Shown piece after piece: positions 47,113-57,989 of a DNA stretch of 64,000 bases. The number at the start of each line of letters is the position of its first letter. Positions within the stretch are counted from its first letter, which is position 1. The notes beneath the pieces were generated by a model. That model made no database searches and was not told where the DNA came from. It saw only the letters and a list, made by a program, of their open reading frames with translations. Made by a program: the position numbers and the translations under genes. The stretch is from Macrostomum lignano (taxonomy: Eukaryota), in assembly GCA_002269645.1 (NCBI GenBank), contig NIVC01000103.1, positions 310,001-374,000 of the forward strand, in the 5' to 3' direction.

Positions 47113-50100
47113 ACAGTTCGGCCCAGCCCCCACGCCCCAGCTGCCAGCCCGACCAAGTGCGCTTCATCACCTCGCGCATGCTCAGAAAACGCCGGCCGTG
47201 CATGATCGACACCGGTGCCGAGATCTCCTGCATCAACGGCGACATCGTGCACTCGGCCAGGCTCAGACGGCAGCTGAGACCCAGCTCAACAACCATCTAT
47301 GGCGTGGGCGGCAATCAAGCAACAGTGCTGGGCGAAATTGAGATAAGTTTTTTTCTTGGTCCGCTTCATTTTCGACACAGATTCCTGGCAGTGACCTGCC
47401 TCAGCGCACCGGTAATTCTGGGCTGCGACTTCCTAAACAAATTTGACATTTCGATTCACCTGAGATCAGGCATTCTCGAGTTCAACGGCCTCGGCGTCAC
47501 CTTGCCAATGCGGACATCCAGGCAGGCGGCCCAGACTTGCAAGCTGGCAGCGGCAGCCACGGTTCGACTGCAGCCAGGCGATGGCTGGATCATTCCGGTG
47601 CGGCCAGCGAGCGCGGCAGCGTGGACGAACTCGGAGGCACCAGGCGTTGTCTGCGGCAGCAAGGCGGCCAAAGTGATGATCGGCCGCAGCGTGTCCAAGC
47701 TGGTTGACCACGGAATGGGGGTTGCTGTCATCAACACCAGAGATGAGACAGTCGAGATCAAGGAGGGCGACATCGTCGGCAACTTCAACCCGCTGTCTGG
47801 CCGAGCCCTGGCGCACCTGCAAGCCGGAGGATCTGGTGATGCCAGCGAGGCAGATCCGACTACTGCAACGACCTGGCAGGACGAGGTGCAAATCGCCGAT
47901 GACATCCCAACCGAGGAGCGGCAGCAAGTCGAACGCCTTCTGCTGGAGTTCAGTGACGTATTCGCGAGCCCCAGCAACCCAGGCCGCACCCAATTGTTAA
48001 AGCACGAGATCGACACAGGCAACGCCAGGCCAATTCGCCAAGGACTGCGGCGCCTGGCTCCCACAGCGATCGCACAGCAGAAGGAGCTGGTCAACGAGAT
48101 GCTGGCAAAGGGAGTCGTCCGACCATCGTCATCACCTTGGGCATCTCCGATAGTTCTGGTTCGCAAGAAGGACGGGTCGGCCAGATTTTGCTTGGACTAC
48201 CGCCTGCTGAACGCGGTGACCAAGCCCGATGCCTTCCCGATGCCCCGCATCGATGACACTCTGGATGCCCTCGAAGGAAACAGCTACTTCTCAGCGCTGG
48301 ATCTCGAAAGTGGCTACTGGCAAGTCGAGATGAATGACCGAGACAAGGAGAAGACGGCATTTGTGTGCCATGAAGGCCTGTTTGAATTCAACGTGATGCC
48401 GTTCGGACTCCGGAATGCACCAGCCACCTTTCAGCGGCTCATGCAGCTGGTGCTCCGGGGGCTGACGTGGCAGGCCTGTCTGGTGTTCATTGACGACGTC
48501 ATCGTGATGGGCCAGACCATCGGCCAGCACAACGATCGGCTGCGTTCAGTTCTGGAGCGACTGCGCGAGTTTAACCTGCGCCTCAAGCCGTCAAAGTGCC
48601 GATTTGCAAATACCAGCATGTTAGTCCTGGGCCACCGCGTCAGCAAGACCGGCATCACCGTCGATGAGGGCAAAACCGCGGCTGTGCGAGACTGGCCGGT
48701 GCCCCGGAGCTCGAAGGACGTCAAGAGCTTCCTCGGCATGACCTCCTACTACCGAAGATTTGTGCGCGAATACGCCAATATCGCCGAGCCTCTGCGCCGC
48801 CTTACACTGCCTACGCCCTTCGAGTGGACGCCAGAAGCCGAGGCGGCCTTCAACCAGCTGAAGCAAGCGCTGCTGTCAGCTCCGATCCTGGCGTTCCCGG
48901 ACATGAGCGAGTCGGGCTCCGAATTCATCCTCGACACCGACGCAAGTGACTGCGCAATCGGCGCGGTGCTGTCGCAAGTGCAGGCGAGCGAAGAGCGGGT
49001 TATCGCCTACGCCAGCCGCGCCCTGTCAAGAGCTGAGCGCAACTACTGCGTGACGCGGCGCGAGCTCCTGGCTGTTGTCGAGTTTGTTAAGAAGTTCCGG
49101 AGCTACCTGCTGCCGCGCGCCTTCACCGTTCGAGTGGATCACCAGGCGCTCACCTATCTGCTGGCATTCAAAGAGCCCGAAGGCCAGCTGGCCAGATGGC
49201 TGCAGCTGCTCGATGAGTTCAACTTCAAGGTCGTCTTTCGCCGAGGCCGCCAACACGGCAACGCAGACGCCCTCTCTCGGCGAGAGCAAAAGTGCACCAG
49301 CCAGTGTCGAGTCTGTCGGCCAGGGACGACAGCGGTGGCGCCAGCCGAGACTTCAACAGCCGCCTGCCAGACGGAGCCGACGGTCGAGGCGCCAGTGCCA
49401 ATCGCGGAGCCTGCTGGCCGGGTCGACACAGTCAGAGTCAACTCCGTGCAAACCAACGCAGCGACATCAGCGCCGGCTACCTCTGCGGCTGCCCAGACCA
49501 ACGCCGAGCCGGAACGTCAGGGCACCTCAAGGCGGAAGCAGCAGCTTCAACCGCGGCCAAGCGAGAGCGAGGACTCCAGCGAAGACGAAATCAGCGACGA
49601 GGCCATTCAGGAAGGCGAGGCGCTGTCAGATGCGTCTCAGTCACTGCGTGAACTGCAGCTCCGTGATCCAGACATCGGCCCGGTGTTTCGCCTGCTGTCC
49701 AACGGCAAGACAAGGTTCAGCGCCAGCAGACGTGACCGACTGTCGCCTGAGAGCCTAATTCTGGCACAGAAGATCGGCGACCTGTGTTTCGTCGACGGCG
49801 CCCTGAACAAGCTGGTGAAGTCCAAGCCTGTGCCTGTGATTCCGCGCTGCAGACAGGAGGAGTTCATCGAGGAGGTCCATGAGCTTGGGCATCTGGGCGA
49901 GGACAAGACCTTGGCAGCCCTCAAGCAGCGTTGCTACTGGCCGAAAATGGCGGAGAGCGTTCGCCTAGCGGTCAGGTCCTGCCAAGTGTGCCAGCGCGCT
50001 AAGACACCGAGTCAGCGCCGAGCTCCACTGCAGACTATGGCCAGTGGATTTCCTATGCAGCGCGTGGGCATCGACGTGGTCAAAGTTGGACTGTCACGGC

Positions 50101-50993
50101 GGGGAAACGATCGGCTGCTCACCATTGTCGACTACTTCACCAAGTGGGTCGAGCTGGTGCCACTCCCCGACGAGAAAGCGGCCACCATCGCCAAGGCACT
50201 GTTCGACAACTGGGTGACGCGTTTCGGAGCCCCGCACATTCTGCACTCCGACCGTGGCAAGGCCGTGGACGGAAAGGTCATCAGGAGCCTGTGCCGGCTG
50301 CTGGAGATTCAGAAGACGCGGACATCCGGCTACCATCCGCAGTGCGACGGCCTAGTAGAAAGGTTCCACCGCACTCTGCACCAGATGCTCCGCTGCCACC
50401 TGCAGTCAGTTCAGCCGGAGGACTGGGAAGAAGTGCTGCCGCATTGTCTCCTGGCCTACCGCAGCAGCGTCAATGCTACAACCGGGTTTACTCCTCACTG
50501 CCTGCTGACTGGCCGGGAAATGACGCTTCCAGTTGACGTCGTCTACCGGCCACCGGAGCCGCCAATGACAGTCGGCCAGTTCGCCGCCAACAACCGCGAC
50601 CAGCTGCTTCGCGCCTACGACTCCGTGCGGCGATCGATGGCGACGGCACAACGACGCCAGCGGCGGTACTACGACCGGAAGGCCAAGCGGTGCAGATTCC
50701 GGGTCGGCGACCTCGTATGGGTTTTCGTTCCGCCGTCGGCGCTTTCAAGGACGACTGGACTGGCTCCGAAACACCAGGCGCCCTGGACCGGCCCGTTCCG
50801 GGTGCTGCAGCGAACGTCGCCGGTGAACTACCTGGTTCGTCCTATCGATTACAAGGACGGCGACACCGGTCGGGTGGTCCACGCAAACAAGCTGAAACGT
50901 GCGCACCAGCCCCGCGCTCCCGACCCGGCGCGGAGTGAGGCGACCAGCGACTGCAGCAGCGAAGTTCTTGACGATGGCTGGGTCCTAGTGTGA
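47055..50993 (+). CDS. pol: Gypsy Pol (protease, RT, RNase H, integrase with GPY/F), in the -1 frame relative to gag
   Basis: IDTGAEIS; WASPIVLVRKKDG, LDYRLLN, MPFGLRNAPATFQR, FIDD; LDTDASDCAIGAVL; HELGH...CQVC, FTKWVE, LHSDRG, QCDGLVERFHRTL; PWTGPFRV; no stops. Confidence 0.97.
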   Translation: MPKRWGGWSNGPAPALSALNSSAQPPRPSCQPDQVRFITSRMLRKRRPCMIDTGAEISCINGDIVHSARLRRQLRPSSTTIYGVGGNQATVLGEIEISFFLGPLHFRHRFLAVTCLSAPVILGCDFLNKFDISIHLRSGILEFNGLGVTLPMRTSRQAAQTCKLAAAATVRLQPGDGWIIPVRPASAAAWTNSEAPGVVCGSKAAKVMIGRSVSKLVDHGMGVAVINTRDETVEIKEGDIVGNFNPLSGRALAHLQAGGSGDASEADPTTATTWQDEVQIADDIPTEERQQVERLLLEFSDVFASPSNPGRTQLLKHEIDTGNARPIRQGLRRLAPTAIAQQKELVNEMLAKGVVRPSSSPWASPIVLVRKKDGSARFCLDYRLLNAVTKPDAFPMPRIDDTLDALEGNSYFSALDLESGYWQVEMNDRDKEKTAFVCHEGLFEFNVMPFGLRNAPATFQRLMQLVLRGLTWQACLVFIDDVIVMGQTIGQHNDRLRSVLERLREFNLRLKPSKCRFANTSMLVLGHRVSKTGITVDEGKTAAVRDWPVPRSSKDVKSFLGMTSYYRRFVREYANIAEPLRRLTLPTPFEWTPEAEAAFNQLKQALLSAPILAFPDMSESGSEFILDTDASDCAIGAVLSQVQASEERVIAYASRALSRAERNYCVTRRELLAVVEFVKKFRSYLLPRAFTVRVDHQALTYLLAFKEPEGQLARWLQLLDEFNFKVVFRRGRQHGNADALSRREQKCTSQCRVCRPGTTAVAPAETSTAACQTEPTVEAPVPIAEPAGRVDTVRVNSVQTNAATSAPATSAAAQTNAEPERQGTSRRKQQLQPRPSESEDSSEDEISDEAIQEGEALSDASQSLRELQLRDPDIGPVFRLLSNGKTRFSASRRDRLSPESLILAQKIGDLCFVDGALNKLVKSKPVPVIPRCRQEEFIEEVHELGHLGEDKTLAALKQRCYWPKMAESVRLAVRSCQVCQRAKTPSQRRAPLQTMASGFPMQRVGIDVVKVGLSRRGNDRLLTIVDYFTKWVELVPLPDEKAATIAKALFDNWVTRFGAPHILHSDRGKAVDGKVIRSLCRLLEIQKTRTSGYHPQCDGLVERFHRTLHQMLRCHLQSVQPEDWEEVLPHCLLAYRSSVNATTGFTPHCLLTGREMTLPVDVVYRPPEPPMTVGQFAANNRDQLLRAYDSVRRSMATAQRRQRRYYDRKAKRCRFRVGDLVWVFVPPSALSRTTGLAPKHQAPWTGPFRVLQRTSPVNYLVRPIDYKDGDTGRVVHANKLKRAHQPRAPDPARSEATSDCSSEVLDDGWVLV

Positions 50994-52311
50994 GTCTGAC
51001 AATCTTTTTTGCCGATTTCTGCGACCTGCGCAGTTTGTGCTTGAGTTGTGCATTTGTGCGCTGTTCCAGCAGAGCTGCCTTTGCGTGTCACTTGGCTGAG
51101 TATTTTTTGCGTTTAATTCGTTTTTAAGATTCAAATCCGCTGTCTTTTCGAGTTTTAATCAGTTGTGGTTTCCGAGTTCCAGGCCGGTGCTTTATATATT
51201 CCCTTATATATTAAATCGCATTTTGCTATCAAAATATTTATTTTCGATTTCAACAATATTTTCTAAATTCAAAAAAATTGGTAAATTTTCGCGTTGAAGT
51301 GAATATTGCATTTTTATTCCGCATTGACATAATTGTTCGATTTTTAGCATCCGTTAGGGTATGTGCGTTGATCATCATCCGATATTCTATTGAATTAGAC
51401 TCGAGCATTTTCGTTCCGCGTTAGGTTCAAACTGCATTGGTGAAGTTCTAAATTGCTGTGGTTGAAGAATTTTGCCGCTATTTTTGAAGTTGGCTTTTAA
51501 CTTTTGCTCATACGCGATTCGATCCTTTAGTGTCCGTCTTGTGAGCGTGCATTGAACGCAACTTGTATTGTGTCAAAGAAATATTTTCATAAAGTAGATT
51601 TTGTTCGAACTGTCAATTTTCAGCGCAATGGGGACATTGTTTTTTTTTCGCGAGGGGGTAGTGTAGTACACCTTAATTTCGTAATTTAAATTGGTGCCAA
51701 CTCGAGGCGTGTGTTAAGTAAAGCAAAGTAATCGCATAGCAATGTAATAATACACGTATATTTTCGTTTCGTTCAATACTTTATATTCGTAACTTTATAT
51801 CAGCTGAATTTCATCGCCTTAGCTCGATGGTGAGTCCAATAAATGCTGAATCATAGCTCGAACTGTTACTGGCCATGCTTTAGAGTGTGCCTAGTAAGCA
51901 GGCAGCTGTGCAAGCTTGTGATTGGGCGGTCAAGGCTCAAAGTCAAATTTAGTGTCCTGCCTCCGTTCCTGTTACAGCTGGTTGTTTCAAATCGCAAAGA
52001 TTAACAGTTTCGGTTAATTAGTTTAAACAAAACTTTACCAGGTAAAGAAAGTTTTGCCAGCGGAGTGCCTTCAGTTAATGTGAGGCAGATTATTTGCTAA
52101 CTATTAAACGCTTAATTTAGGCGGTTTTAATGCTACAGCAATAAAAAATTAGCAGAGATGCTGTTGGATTATTCAACCCTAGCTCGTCGGGTCGTAATTT
52201 ATCTACAATTCAGGTTCCTTTCACGCCGCCAAAATGAGGTCAAACTTCGAGTAGCTAAACACTCGATTGCATTGATAATGAATGTACAGCAGTCTTGTTG
52301 TCTATACTGTT

Positions 52312-52312
52312 T

Positions 52313-52358
<46 letters not shown>

Positions 52359-52450
52359 GCAACAACATGCAACAACAACAACAACAACAACAACAACAGC
52401 AACAACATGCAACAACAACAACAACAACAACAACAACAGCAACAACATGC

Positions 52451-52499
<49 letters not shown>

Positions 52500-52518
52500 G
52501 CAACAACAACAACAACAC
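52312..52518. repeat. (CAA)n microsatellite with CAGCAACAACATG interruptions
   Basis: Direct; adjoins the RTE 3-prime end. Confidence 0.97.
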
Positions 52519-52520
52519 AA

Positions 52521-52965
52521 TACGCAGTTAGCGTCATAGGGCGCGCCTTCAGGTCGCGAATGAACGCCACGCCGCCGGCCGAATCCGGGGCGCCGGCGTC
52601 AGCCAGCAGGCAGTCGACGAAACGCTGAGTGCGCGCCTGCCCCCGTAGGTAGTATAGGGTGCCTGCAGCGGTTAGCAGCACCTCCTGCACCGGCTCTCTC
52701 GGCAGTTACTCAGCACGGATGATGTGGCCTGCTAGCTGGAGTCGCCGACGGCGCAACAGATTGCTTGGACGGACCAGGCCGGCGCGGCGATACAAGCCGA
52801 GTTGGTCACTCGCTCGTAGCCGATCTTGAAGGTGGCCGCGCAGCAGACCAGCATGCGCCGCGTCAATTTGTTTGCTAGAGCGACTCCGTCAGCGTCCAGG
52901 TCTCGGCGTTGTACAGCAGGACGGTCTCGATCACCGCCTGGAACAACGACGCCCTCTGGACGTTG
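52521..52965 (-). pseudogene. 3-prime end of a decayed RTE-clade LINE ORF
   Basis: Minus strand FQAVIETVLLYNAETWTLT and LRRRRLQLAGHIIRAE, with stops and frameshifts. Confidence 0.85.
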
Positions 52966-53608
52966 TAAATACTGTTGTAAATACTGTATACTGTATGTTG
53001 TAAATAACTACATGTTTATATTAGCTATCTGATTGTACCATGTAAGTAGCTAAGTTCTACTTTTCGAATGCGAAAAGTTCCTCAATTTACATGTACCAAA
53101 ATTAACAGCAACAAAATACGTTGTAAATAAACAATTAATGTCACGCGAGCCATGAGAGAGCTGAGAACGTCACAGTGCTCGTTTCGAAGCCTGAGCGCAA
53201 ACGTACATGTAGGCCGCACCACCGGAAGTATTTGGGGCGCCCACGCTGGCAGCATAATTCGGCAAAAAACCAGAATCTGCATCACTCTGCCGTGATGGGG
53301 CTGGAACCCGCGTTTTTGCTCAGGCCGCAAATACGGATCACAGCACGGACTGCAACCGCAATAAGCAGTATCTGCATGTAGTGAGCCGCTAGTTTGGTGT
53401 CAGGCGTCGCAGTATTGTCAGCAGTTTCCCTCGCCCTCGCCCTTGGGTTGCTGTCTGCCGCTGGGCAGCCTTCCTCCCATCTTTCTGCCTGTTCTCTGTC
53501 GCCCGCCCCCTTTTCTCTGCGCTCTTGCTTGTAGCCACGAGCTTCTCTGCTGTAGCCTGCTCTGCGTTTCGTTCCTGTCCTGAGGTCACGCTGGTGGCCT
53601 GTTTCCTT

Positions 53609-54353
53609 TGTTATGTAAGCAAGTCACATGACAGTCTTGTTTTCTCGAAGTCCGAAGTCTCGAAGTCCGTGTTTACTGAGGAATCACGTAGTCCAAGGCC
53701 CTTCCCTTCTCTAAGGAAAGGAGTGACTCATGTTTCTAAAATTAGACATTGAGTCACAGCCTGGTGCACTCTGCCCGAGGACCCAAGTGACGTCAGTTCT
53801 AAAAATAGAACAAAGTCACGAGGTCTTGTGCGCATTGGGGCAGTGGAGAATCCCAGGCCATAAATACGGACCAATCAGCCTTGGTTCAGTCAAGGAAGTT
53901 CTTAAGTTTGTATTTTCCAGTCTAGTTCTTAGTTTCTCCGTTCTTAGTGTCTAGTTTCTCAGTTTCCGAAAGTTTTTCTGACAGTTCTATTGTCCAATCA
54001 ACTCTTCCTTTATTGGCCTGACTAAACTTAGACGCCCAAGCCTAAAGAAGGCTAATAAGGCCTCCCCACACCCACTGAGCCCGGCGGGATCTGCTGACCA
54101 GACGCCTTGTTCGTTAATCTTGAAATCTGCACGCTGTGCTGAGTTCGTTGAATTGTTTATTTCGTTGGGACGGGAAGCTCACCTCACTGAAGGCCGAGAC
54201 CTGAAGGAACTGGTGGCAGCACTACCTACGCTACTAAGAGCTACAAGAAGACTTCCGAGCTGAGAGGCTCGAGGCTTAAGGCAGAACTTAAGTGCCTGCA
54301 AATCGGGAAGGAAATTAAAGCTCTGTACTCTACTGGTGGCAGCGGTGGGATTC
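53609..54353 (+). mobile_element. Possible LTR fragment followed by a tRNA-Leu primer-binding site
   Basis: TGGTGGCAGCGGTGGGATTC at 54334-54353 is complementary to the eukaryotic tRNA-Leu 3-prime end; upstream CCAAT motifs and ATTAAA; left boundary is a guess. Confidence 0.4.
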
Positions 54354-54399
54354 AAAGACCCACCAGACCACCCCGAGACAACACTCACTATTTCACATG

Positions 54400-55310
54400 G
54401 TTGAACAGCTTCGGGGCGCAAGACTGCAGGCAGATGCCTCGGCGCTCCTCTAGCGTTAAGGTGCCGGGCTTCTTTGGAAAACCGACGATGTGCGTCGATG
54501 TGCCGCCTCTCCAAAAAGCGCATCATCACACTGCATGGCTACCTCGCTGGCCACTGCAGAGTATTGTCGCAGCGCCTCGATGGGCACCATGTCCAGATCC
54601 AGCGCTTTGCCGCCAGAGTGAGCTTCATGGGCACGAGCATCACAACAAGTCGGCTGTGCTGATTGGGGCTATACATTGAAGCCGCGGCGCGTTGACGATG
54701 GCGGTGAAGCACTTGATTGCGCAGCTCGACATTTATGCACTCATCTAGAGTGTCGCCAGCCAGGTTAAGCGGGATGCGAGGCTTCCGCCCGGTCAGAGCG
54801 TTGACGGCGGACCAGGCCACGCGCCCTAATTTGGCGTCGGGTTCAGCGGCGGTGGCGGTGGTCGTCAACAGCTGCCTGTTTTCATTGCAGGTAGACAGCC
54901 TCCAGAGCCTCCGCCGCGGCTCTAACCGCGGCACTTACTCCTCGTACTCTGGCGCGCCCTGGCGAAGGCGCTGGCGAAATGGCGACATGTCTGGGTGCAC
55001 ATGTAGTAGCACCGCGGTGGCCGCTTCAGCAGACGGTAGAGCGGATCCCATAGACACATATCGCAGACACGGAGCTGATAGTATCACTAGCTGATATAGT
55101 AGCTGATAGTGATGGCGCGGCAGTTGAGAAGACGCACAAGCACGTGATCGAGCTGTGCCTGCCTCCGTGTCGCATTCCGGCCGCGCGCATTCCACTGCAT
55201 CCGCTTGCAGCCTACTAGTCGCGAGCCTGCCGGTTGGCTTGCGGAAGCAGGTGTTGGCCGACACCATGCATGCACTGCTTCTCCAGGAGTTCTTCCAGTA
55301 CAAGGTTGTA
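54400..55310 (-). pseudogene. Decayed RTE-clade LINE: endonuclease end, linker and start of RT
   Basis: SANTCFRKPTGRLAT, AWSAVNALTGRK and HIVGFPKKPG...RGICLQSCAPKLFN across frameshifts. Confidence 0.75.
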
Positions 55311-56254
55311 CAGGCATGTACATGTAAATTTATTTACATGTATACGAGCGTGCATGTAAACGCACTAGAAATGTAAAAAATTGCAATTTACTTGTGATGA
55401 AACCCCCACCACCTCACCCAGTAAAGTTTTTATTTTGTTTTTCTAAATTGATAAAATGAAAAAAATGGGCGCTTTAAATGGCACTTGCACTTTATACATT
55501 TAAACATGTGCATGGAGCTGGTGCCATGAAATGATTAGAAACCCTGTCTACATGTGCCATGTACGTGTACGCCGCCACCGCCTATGCAAAGGAACTACAA
55601 TATCATACGAGTGTTGGGCTGCGCCCTTCTAGTGCTTGTGTTTTCAGTTTTCATGCCACCCCGCCCCGTCCCCCGTCTCGCGCCCGGGCCAGGGTTTGTG
55701 AGAGGCGTAAGCCTTAACCCTGGCCTAGCCCTTTCTGCACCCAGCCCCCGCGGCCCAACTTCTGTCCAATCTGGGTTCTGACCCTACCCCCTCCCTCTTT
55801 GCCCGCCTCACCCTGGGGCTGCTCGTATTGGCTGGCTGGCTGATAAGCCGGCTGGGCCCCAGGGTTTGGCTCGCCCTCTCCAGTCTGTCCCACCCCTCCC
55901 TTTTTTGTGTAAATATTATTTAAGGGCTAGCCCTGAGCGTGCTGCGCTCCACGTTTCTTTCTTTTTGTTTGTTTTCTATCCCGTTCTTCAGCGTCACTCT
56001 GCAAACCTGCTCTCTGCAAGCTAATAACTCGTGACTCCCGCAATCGCTGATTATTCTGCTTCGTGCCAATAAACGCTTCGCCAATAAACGCTTCGCAAAT
56101 AAGTCTGTAAACGCAGAGGTGAGCGCGTGCTTTCGTCTTTCGGGTTGCCGCGTGGGGCCGGGAGCTGGTAGGGACCTGGGACCGGTGAACACTCGCTGAT
56201 CTCAGGGTGGTCAGTCCGGCGAACTCTCGCCGAGCCGACTTCCTAGATGCAGTC

Positions 56255-56954
56255 ATGCAGAGGCAGCTTTTGACTCCACCTGGCACGACAAGATCAGGCA
56301 TAGCATGCTCACCGATGGTTTTCCACCTATGCTCATGCGAATCCTGTCTGACTACCTGCGAGACAGACAGATCCAGTTTCGAATCGAGGGGGCCCTGAGC
56401 GATCCCCACACCATCCAGGCTGGCGTCCCTCATTGAGGCATCCTGAGTCCTCTCCTGTATCTCCTCTTCGTCAGCTCAATGCCGACTCCTAATTCCCAAG
56501 CGTCAAACGCAGTCAATTCGCAGACGACATGGCCGTCTGGGCCTCAGCAGACACCTTTGCGGGGCTCCGAACATCCCTTCAAAGCTACCTCAGACGAGTT
56601 TTTGAATGGTGCGGTAAACAGGGCATCAGACTGAATGCCGGTAAAAGCAAAGCAATCGCTTTCAACTACAAACCCACTAGGCGCATGGACTTGCGACCCA
56701 AACTGTATCTGGGGGACACTGAGGTTCCGTACTGTCAGGAGGTGAAATTCCTGGGTGTCCTCCTTGACCAGAGCCTCTGTCTGAACAAACACGTGGACAA
56801 CATGGCAGATACCAGCAGAGCCATTGTAATGTCGCTGTGCAGAATTGCAAAAATTACAAAGCTGAGTAGCACCACCCTCAGAATGCTGTACAGGGCATAC
56901 GGAGAAAGCGCTCTCACCTACGGAGCGCCAATCCTGAGCCAAATTTGTGACTAA
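56255..56954 (+). pseudogene. Truncated Jockey/I-like LINE reverse transcriptase fragment
   Basis: AFDSTWHD, AGVPH*GILSPLLY, QFADDMAV, W...LNAGKS, VKFLGVLLD, LTYGAP; internal stop and frameshift. Confidence 0.88.
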
Positions 56955-57989
56955 TCAAATCAAATTGCAAATTCAAATATTCAAATTCAAATTCTCTATG
57001 CGCTATTTCAAATATTCAAATATTCAATAAATTCAAATATGCGCTATTGCATTTTTATTCTCTATTTTTTACTCAATTGCCTCTCTTTTATTTCAATAGG
57101 CCTTCAAATATTCTCTAGCACGTATTTTTTAGATCTCATTTTTATTAGATCCCTTCTTTGTGCGGGATTCCCCTCCCCTCTTTTTTTATCACCAAATGCG
57201 TGCAATACTGCAAAATATTGAAAAATAGTTTTATATATGTATATTTTTATTTCAATATTTCGTATATATTTTCTAATCGAAATCTTGTAAATATTTTTAA
57301 TTCTTTCGATCAAATACAAAATAAAACTGCGGCAGAGTTCTTCGGTTTCGACGGCACTTCGTCTTAACAACAAAGGAACAACACAGGAAAACCGAATAAT
57401 AAAGTTTATTACTCCAAAGATGTAATACAGAAAAGAAAACTATATAAGTATGCAACAGATCTACAAGTATTTAATTCGGTGCGATTTAATAAGGCATTGA
57501 CTACCTTTAGTGCACTGTTATGGCATCGACGAACAGTTTTACGTGTCCCCTAAACCTTGTCCCGTTCTTACCTCATTCTTCTTGAGGTCTTGTTGAAAGT
57601 TTAAGACTAACTTCTCGGTTTAAGACGGTCTCTGACTGTTTTTACCCTGGTTGCCTCTCTGGTAGCTTGTCTAAAGGTTGTGCGCAATCCGATTGGCTTT
57701 GCCAATTTCTAAGGGTCCGCCCCGGAGGGGCTGTGCCCATCTAAAAATAAACCCTATTTCTTTAATGTACATTCCAATTTGGCCCTCGGCCTTGGGTTAG
57801 GGGTGGTGTACCTGAAGTGAGTTGGAGATCTGGACTGCAGTGTGGCTAGAACGGGACTTGAGCCCCCCGGTCGCACCCGCCCTGCAGGAAAGACGACCAT
57901 TCACTAAAGTGTACGGTAGAGCCCAGTTGATGCCAACCCTGAGGCTGAGCCCCGGGTTGCAGGTTTTCACAGGTGCCTGCTTTTAGGGT

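Larger units (their letters stand above)
45414..51976 (+). mobile_element. Intact Ty3/Gypsy LTR retrotransposon, 6563 bp
   Basis: 315-bp LTRs at 45414-45728 and 51662-51976 (TGT...ACA, identical by eye); TSD GCTG; PBS TGGCGACCACGCCAGGAC from 45731; PPT GAGGGGGTAG before the 3-prime LTR; domain order PR-RT-RH-IN. Confidence 0.97.

Noticed and set aside
45674-50938. Many short overlapping ORFs within the Gypsy element
   Set aside because: Shadow frames of GC-rich gag and pol; no env-like or other recognisable motif
52158-52690. Poly-Q/N/T/C/V ORFs
   Set aside because: Translations of the (CAA)n microsatellite
55900-56200. Possible solo LTR (TATTTAA, duplicated CCAATAAACGCTTCG, ends in ACA)
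   Set aside because: No second copy, PBS or TSD could be identified
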